Source: a virus (Duplodnaviria > Caudoviricetes). From it: a stretch of 30,266 bases of DNA. The stretch is taken from positions 1 through 30,266 of IMG/VR virus record IMGVR_UViG_3300048598_000535. The stretch is one strand, 5' to 3'. The notes beneath the pieces were generated by a model. The model saw nothing but the letters and a program-made list of their open reading frames with translations. It had not been told where the DNA came from and did no database searches. Below, piece by piece: positions 24,663 to 30,266 of the stretch (position 1 is the stretch's first letter; each line of letters begins with the position of its first letter). Both the position numbers and the translations under genes were made by a program.

Positions 24663-27185
24663 ATGGCATTTAAAGACATATTCAGGAAAACACCGGTAGC
24701 AGAAGCAAAAAGCACAGCACCGGCCAAAGCATTTACAAGCGACATTGCAATACAAATCGCTCAGGAATTTACCGACCGAAGCCGAAAGGACATTAAAAAG
24801 TGGCGCAATGCTATCCTTGCAGCCGAAAACCCCGACGATCCGCGTTGGTACACCCTTCAGGACTTGTATGACGATATTATGCTGGATGCGCAGATAACAT
24901 CGGTTATAGACATTCGCAATGCCGCTACTCTCAATCACCGCTTTTACGTAAAAGACAAAAAAACAGGCGAAGAGCTACCAGAACAAACCGAGTTTCTCAA
25001 TTCAGAGTGGTTTTTTGACTTTCTCGAAGAGGTAATGACAGCGGTATATCGAAAATACTCCGTTATCCAAGTGCTTAGAGATGTCGAAAAACCAGTTTTG
25101 TCGGTTATTCCACGCCGTAACGTATGCATTCAAAAGGGATATATGTACACCGAGGTAGCCGGAAACAAGTTTGTTGACTACAAAAGTGATCCTACGGTAA
25201 TTGAAATTGTGCATAAATCACCGTTTGGTATCACAACGGAGGTAGTTCCAAATATCATTTGGAAGCGAAACGCGCTGCAATCGTGGGCAGAATTTTCAGA
25301 GAAATTCGGTCAACCCCTTATCACGGCAACTACGGCCAACAAACAGGACATTGGACGTATTCAGAATCAGCTAAAAGTATTGGGAGAAGCCGCGCAGGCA
25401 GTATTGCCAAACGGAACAACCATTGAAGTGCATGACCTTGCCAATGCCGGTGACCCAGAGAAGTGCTACCTTAAACAAACTACACTGCACGATCAGCAAA
25501 TAAGCAAACGGTTTGTAGGTTCAACCACTATGGCCGATCAGGGCGCAAACCGTAGCCAGACGGAAGTACACGAGCGCACACTTGACGATAAAATATCCAT
25601 TCGTGACAAACGTTTTGCACAGTTCGTTGTAAACGGTAAGCTTTTCCCGGTACTTCAAATGCTCGGCTTTCCTTTCGATAACACTACAATGTCATTTGAG
25701 TTCGATATGACAGAAGAACTCACCATGTTGGAACATTGGAGCATTGTGAAAGATGCAGCAACTCTTTACGATTTAGACGAACAAGTAGTGGCAAAAACAT
25801 TCCGATTGCCAATAGTTGGCAAAAAAGCAACTCCGCCTCCGGTAAATTTTAAGAAAGCCACAGACGTGCGGGCAATGGCTGTGGCGTGCGCTATCACACT
25901 GCCCGACTATCCGGTACTGCGTTATCCTGTGGCTTCTGGAATAGACAAGGAATTGCTTGACGAACTTATGAGGTTCGATGAACAGTTTCACAAGTTCTTA
26001 TGGAATGGAGATGCTGACAAAGCCGAAACTGTACGGTTATTAAAGGCCAAACGAATAGGCGAAGATTTACGAGATGGTCTGTTTGGTGGATGGGGTAAAA
26101 GCCGTGTAGATGTAGCTTGGAACGCACCGGATAACCGTGCTTTGGCAATGATGGAAATGAATCTTTTCCGTTTTTCAGAGGCCAAAACGCAAGCGGAAGC
26201 CATGCTGATCAACCGACTGTTGATTGACCGTGATAAGATGGAGATACGTTCGGAACGTGACTTTATTAACGAGGCTTTGAAAATCAACAAGGACTTTAAT
26301 CAGACCTATTTAGCCACAGAGCGTGAATTTGCAATAGCTACCGGACAAACGTCGGCACGCTGGTTCGAGTTTATTGCTGAAAAGAACCAGATACACAACT
26401 GGCGGTATCAGACCGTTGGTGATGACCATGTACGTGACTCGCACAGGTTACTAAATGGCCGTGTATTCTCGTTTGACGACGGCGATGGTAGACGTTTGTG
26501 GCCTCCTAATGGCTACAAATGCAGGTGTGAAGGCTTGCAGGAACCGGGAGACCCGGGCAAAAATCTTGTTGCGGGTAAAGATTACATTGATAAAGTGTTT
26601 ACAACGCCCAAAATGAAGGAAAATTTTGCCGTAAACAGAGCCGAATCGGGTGTTGTATTTCGTCAAAATCAAATGTATTTGAATGATCTTTCTGGCCAAA
26701 AAGGCAAGAAAACAAACGATTATACCTATGCAAACTACGGTTTGAAGCCGTTGAAAGACTTTAACGGAACTCTTTCTTCTTTGAAACTGGATAAAAGCAT
26801 TACACCCGACAATGTACGGGAGTTTTTCACCAATAATGCAGCGGCCAAAGGGTATAACGCTATGGGCTTTGATGATTACATGAAACGAAAGGTAATACTC
26901 AAAGAAAAGACGTTTGAAAGCCATATTACAGGCAAATACATCACTGATGCAGAGAATAGACACCGTTTGTTTCCATTTGTGAAGGACGTACTCACTAACC
27001 CGGACGAAGTCTATCTGCGTAATTATCCAAAAGGAGACAGCGAGCAAATACGTTATATCAAGTTCTGGAAGGATAAAACGTTAATCGTTGACACGACTAT
27101 TACGGGTGATGGTTTGGAGGTTCAGACGTGGTATGAAAGAAAAATACCGGAGGAACAAGCCCGGGCGGGATTGTACATAAAATGA
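24663..27185 (+). CDS. portal (DUF935/Mu gp29-like) fused to MuF minor head domain and C-terminal PBECR-like nuclease domain
   Basis: portal motifs WAEFSEKFGQP, ISK...G.T, SQTEVHE; MuF motifs YQTVGDDHVRDSH and PPNGYKCRC; C-terminal VKDVLTNPDEVY...RYIKF...TWY. Confidence 0.82.
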   Translation: MAFKDIFRKTPVAEAKSTAPAKAFTSDIAIQIAQEFTDRSRKDIKKWRNAILAAENPDDPRWYTLQDLYDDIMLDAQITSVIDIRNAATLNHRFYVKDKKTGEELPEQTEFLNSEWFFDFLEEVMTAVYRKYSVIQVLRDVEKPVLSVIPRRNVCIQKGYMYTEVAGNKFVDYKSDPTVIEIVHKSPFGITTEVVPNIIWKRNALQSWAEFSEKFGQPLITATTANKQDIGRIQNQLKVLGEAAQAVLPNGTTIEVHDLANAGDPEKCYLKQTTLHDQQISKRFVGSTTMADQGANRSQTEVHERTLDDKISIRDKRFAQFVVNGKLFPVLQMLGFPFDNTTMSFEFDMTEELTMLEHWSIVKDAATLYDLDEQVVAKTFRLPIVGKKATPPPVNFKKATDVRAMAVACAITLPDYPVLRYPVASGIDKELLDELMRFDEQFHKFLWNGDADKAETVRLLKAKRIGEDLRDGLFGGWGKSRVDVAWNAPDNRALAMMEMNLFRFSEAKTQAEAMLINRLLIDRDKMEIRSERDFINEALKINKDFNQTYLATEREFAIATGQTSARWFEFIAEKNQIHNWRYQTVGDDHVRDSHRLLNGRVFSFDDGDGRRLWPPNGYKCRCEGLQEPGDPGKNLVAGKDYIDKVFTTPKMKENFAVNRAESGVVFRQNQMYLNDLSGQKGKKTNDYTYANYGLKPLKDFNGTLSSLKLDKSITPDNVREFFTNNAAAKGYNAMGFDDYMKRKVILKEKTFESHITGKYITDAENRHRLFPFVKDVLTNPDEVYLRNYPKGDSEQIRYIKFWKDKTLIVDTTITGDGLEVQTWYERKIPEEQARAGLYIK

Positions 27186-27279
27186 AAAAACGCTTGAAAG
27201 TGTCAACATTAAATGTTGTTCTTTCGCAGTGGTTGCTTACGCATTAACCTCCGCAATCATACTCTCAAACGTTTTTCAG
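27183..27279 (-). ncRNA. putative structured antisense RNA downstream of the nuclease domain
   Basis: ~18-bp closing stem 27261-27278/27183-27201 with G-U pairs only on the minus strand, two inner hairpins (one GUAA-capped), -7 box just upstream. Confidence 0.6.
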
Positions 27280-27283
27280 ACTA

Positions 27284-27291
27284 CAAATATA
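27284..27291 (-). promoter_or_regulatory. Bacteroidetes -7 box (TATATTTG) for the antisense RNA
   Basis: exact TAnnTTTG on the minus strand 5 nt before the stem. Confidence 0.6.
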
Positions 27292-27316
27292 CGATAACTT
27301 TTCAAAAATTATACTC

Positions 27317-29170
27317 ATGGCAGGAGGAATAGCCAAACTACAACTACTTATCGACCTGAAAAATAACCTTTCGGCAGGGCTTGACAAAGCAAAAAAGCAG
27401 GTAGAAAAAGCCTGTGGAGGCATGCAGGATAAACTTAGCTCTTTGAAGTCGAAAAACATTGAAGTTTTCAATGCCATTAAAAGTGAAGTTCCGGGCGTTG
27501 GAAGGGCTTTAGAGTTTCTTACCAATCCATACGTAGCCATTGCCGCGGCGGTAGTTGCCCTTGGAGTCGCGTACTACCAATGTGTCGATATGGCTCTGAA
27601 ATGGAACAACGGGCTTGCAAAAATCAATGTTACAGCGCAACTTTCGCAAAAAGAACTGGGTAATCTATCCGACAAACTTTTGGAGATTGGGGAAAGAAAT
27701 GTTGCGCCAATAGAACAAATACCGGATGCTTTCAATAAGATTATATCGGCAGGCCTCGACGTGAATACGTCACTAAAGGTATTAGAGCCAACATTGAGAG
27801 CCGCAAAGGCCGGTTTCACCGACGTAGGAGACACCGCCAAAGCCGCTGTTGGTGTTATGAATGCTTCAGGGCGTGACATTAATACCGTTTACGATGTTCT
27901 TTTTGCAACAGTAAACAAAGGAAATGCAGAGTTTCAGGACATTGCTCAATATTTACCGAAGATAATACCGGTTGCCAGGAATGCAGGTGCCGCATTAGGA
28001 GAAACTGCTGGTGCATGGGCTTACCTTACAGCACAAGGTATGTCGGCAGAGCGTGCAACAACGCTTACAGAAAACGCATTCAAAGCATTGGCCGACCCGG
28101 GCAAAATTAAGGCATTCAAAAAGCTGGGTATTTCATTGTATGATTCTCAGGGACAGATAAAGCCATTAATCAACATTGTTGATCAACTTTCAGCCAAAAC
28201 AAAGAACATGAGCGACCTTTCAAGGGCTAAGTTCTTCGGTAAGATCGGGCTTGATATGGAGGCAGCTTCGTTCTTTTCATCCGCTACACAGGATGCAAAG
28301 AAATTCAAAGACACCATTGACTTTGTAACCAATAGTCAGGGACAGTTGAACGAAGCGTACAAAAATTCCATGACGCCACTCGACAATTTCCACATCATTC
28401 AAAATATGATAAAGGGAACTATGATAGAAATCGGACAATCGGCGTTACCGTTAATCAATTCTTTAGGTCAGGGTATCCTTGATATGATAAATTGGTTTAA
28501 GAACTTGTGGAATACTTCGGCTGCATTCCGTGATATAATTGGATTTATAGGCACTGTGGCTAAATTCTCGTTTAACATGGCTTTAGTTCCTATGAAAGCT
28601 ATTGTAGGATGGTTTCAAGTGCTTGGAGGCATAATAAACTGGGTTATTTCATTAATACCTGGCATGAGTGGCGGTTTTACTACCATGTATAATAAAATAC
28701 GGCCTTATCTGGTATGGATTAAAGAGTTTCTAACCGGAATATTACAGGTATTAAGAGGCATTGTCACTTTCAACATGAACGATATTAAAGGTGGGGTTAA
28801 TTCCATCAAAAATATGTCCATTGATGAAATAAGAAAGAAACTTGCTGCCGATGATAAAACCCACCAGTTAAAAGCACAGGGAAAAGCAGATCAGTTGACA
28901 GACGCCAATGCCAACGGAGTTCCTGATGCAACTGAAGGAACCGGCAAGAAAGGGGCGGATAATTCATTTGCAAGCAGTGCCGCTGGCGCAGATGCAAAAA
29001 CCATCAGCAGAGGCAGCCAAACCAAGAATACGACTATTAATATCGGTTCGTTTATTGACAAATTCAGCCCACAAAGCCAGTCAATAAATGGCATGAATCG
29101 CGATGAGTTGGAACGTTGGCTCACTGAAATGTTTATGCGTGTTGTTCGTAGCGCAGAATTAGCTAATTAA
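27317..29170 (+). CDS. tail tape measure protein (TP901-type core)
   Basis: IISAG, AAKAGFTD, DVLFATVNKG, KKLGISLYDSQG; Ala-rich, W/F-spaced amphipathic repeats. Confidence 0.9.
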   Translation: MAGGIAKLQLLIDLKNNLSAGLDKAKKQVEKACGGMQDKLSSLKSKNIEVFNAIKSEVPGVGRALEFLTNPYVAIAAAVVALGVAYYQCVDMALKWNNGLAKINVTAQLSQKELGNLSDKLLEIGERNVAPIEQIPDAFNKIISAGLDVNTSLKVLEPTLRAAKAGFTDVGDTAKAAVGVMNASGRDINTVYDVLFATVNKGNAEFQDIAQYLPKIIPVARNAGAALGETAGAWAYLTAQGMSAERATTLTENAFKALADPGKIKAFKKLGISLYDSQGQIKPLINIVDQLSAKTKNMSDLSRAKFFGKIGLDMEAASFFSSATQDAKKFKDTIDFVTNSQGQLNEAYKNSMTPLDNFHIIQNMIKGTMIEIGQSALPLINSLGQGILDMINWFKNLWNTSAAFRDIIGFIGTVAKFSFNMALVPMKAIVGWFQVLGGIINWVISLIPGMSGGFTTMYNKIRPYLVWIKEFLTGILQVLRGIVTFNMNDIKGGVNSIKNMSIDEIRKKLAADDKTHQLKAQGKADQLTDANANGVPDATEGTGKKGADNSFASSAAGADAKTISRGSQTKNTTINIGSFIDKFSPQSQSINGMNRDELERWLTEMFMRVVRSAELAN

Positions 29171-29172
29171 TC

Positions 29173-29739
29173 ATGTCAATAGCAGTAGACACACGCGACT
29201 TTATACGCAAATGCGATGCCATTTCAAAAGCATACAGCCGTATGCCTAATGAAGTGGCCGCAATTGCCGTAAATTTCAGCAAAGAACGGTTTGTTGAACA
29301 AGCATGGTTGGATGTTACCAAAACCAAGTGGAAGCCGTTAAAACGCAAAAGAAAAGGGAATAGAAGTAAAACTGTTTTAGTTGCTACCGTTAGGTTAAAA
29401 CGTAGCATCCGAAAGATTTACGCAGATACAAACCGTGTCATCATCGGTACTGATGTTCCTTATGCAGAAATTCACAACAATGGAGGCACTATTAAAGAGA
29501 CTGTGACCGTAAAACAGCATAATGTAGCATCCTACAAACGTAAGGCATATAGTCGCACGAGAAAAGGACGTACAGAGAAGATAAAAGCCGGTACCGTTAA
29601 GTCACATGCAGTACAGTCACATCAGCGAAAGATGAATCTTACAATACCGGCACGGCCTTTTATCGGAGCAAGCTACACGCTTGAGCGTAGAATATACCTA
29701 CATATGACAACTCAATTTATTAAAGCACTAAAGCAATGA
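29173..29739 (+). CDS. virion morphogenesis / tail completion protein (Mu gpG-like)
   Basis: F....W...KWKP, RLKRSI, IGTDVPYAEIHNNGG, IPARPFIG. Confidence 0.82.
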   Translation: MSIAVDTRDFIRKCDAISKAYSRMPNEVAAIAVNFSKERFVEQAWLDVTKTKWKPLKRKRKGNRSKTVLVATVRLKRSIRKIYADTNRVIIGTDVPYAEIHNNGGTIKETVTVKQHNVASYKRKAYSRTRKGRTEKIKAGTVKSHAVQSHQRKMNLTIPARPFIGASYTLERRIYLHMTTQFIKALKQ

Positions 29740-30266
29740 TAAACCAACTATTAGAGCTATACAAGCTCATTGACAGCAAAAAAGCATTGTTTTCGGATGC
29801 AGGGTTATCACCTGACTTCTACATAGACGTATTCAGAGGTCAACCATTGCACCCGGAACTATACGAATATTTCAGCATTCCGGCTATCTTCGTTGACTAT
29901 AATATGAGAGGTGCCGGAAGAGGAAACCCACGCACAATAACGTTAACGCTTCATATAATTACTGATACTATGCCTGATTGCTCTAATATTTCAGAGCAAA
30001 ATAATGATGGATTAAACCGTTTTTTGTATCTGTATAAGCTTCAACAGATATTAGAAGGTGCAAAATTGGGTGACACAACAGGACTCGTTTTTATTGACGA
30101 AGCTCCGGTTGAAATACCGGTAGTTAATTATCATACCCAATCATATAGTTTCAATGCGTATTTAAGTTCAATGTGTGGCAACGAAGCAAACGTTTTAGGT
30201 GAAATTAAGAGCCTAAACATTTATGGAAGTCTCTTTAAAATAGGTTCAAATATGGCAAAACAATAA
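29736..30266 (+). CDS. tail terminator-like protein (Mu gp37-like by synteny)
   Basis: IDVFRGQ, PAIFVD, ITLHI pattern; ATGA coupling to the gpG-like gene. Confidence 0.6.
   Translation: MINQLLELYKLIDSKKALFSDAGLSPDFYIDVFRGQPLHPELYEYFSIPAIFVDYNMRGAGRGNPRTITLTLHIITDTMPDCSNISEQNNDGLNRFLYLYKLQQILEGAKLGDTTGLVFIDEAPVEIPVVNYHTQSYSFNAYLSSMCGNEANVLGEIKSLNIYGSLFKIGSNMAKQ

Larger units (their letters stand above)
1..30266. mobile_element. Mu-like transposable prophage (myovirus-type), Bacteroidetes-like host; both ends outside the window
   Basis: MuB-like ATPase, DUF3164, gp36-like, DUF935-type portal, MuF, sheath/tube/baseplate genes and lysis cassette; no host housekeeping genes. Confidence 0.92.

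Noticed and set aside
26451-27540. Minus-strand ORFs (26451-27047, 27265-27540) as immunity proteins for the nuclease
   Set aside because: Antisense shadows of the portal fusion and tape measure genes, with no recognisable motifs.

Overview
The window is most of a Mu-like (transposable) contractile-tailed prophage, probably from a Bacteroidetes/Bacteroidales host (TAnnTTTG promoter boxes, no obvious Shine-Dalgarno sites). The transposase and repressor are not in the window. 1-5240 (+) is the early region: MuB-like AAA ATPase, DUF3164, MazG-like, Zn-finger and RecA-fold ATPase genes. 5300-6185 is a two-gene envelope moron with its own promoter. A long minus-strand late operon (21663 to 6254) starts with an initiator tRNA-Met, then Clp protease/scaffold, capsid, sheath, tube, a frameshifting tail chaperone, baseplate, lysis cassette, tail fibres and a D12-class adenine methyltransferase. 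A divergent plus-strand late operon (21830-30266) has terminases, gp36, a portal-MuF-PBECR nuclease fusion, tape measure and neck/tail-completion genes. The most unusual content is non-coding: (i) a putative structured antisense RNA with a promoter box right behind the PBECR nuclease domain, carrying a 14-nt segment complementary to the 3' CCA end of the phage's own tRNA-fMet; (ii) a putative pseudoknotted antisense RNA divergent from the methyltransferase start; (iii) a ~50-nt element resembling the tRNA-like domain of tmRNA; (iv) a TTTAAA motif phased at 11 bp at many gene junctions. All family calls are from motif recognition and synteny, not database searches.
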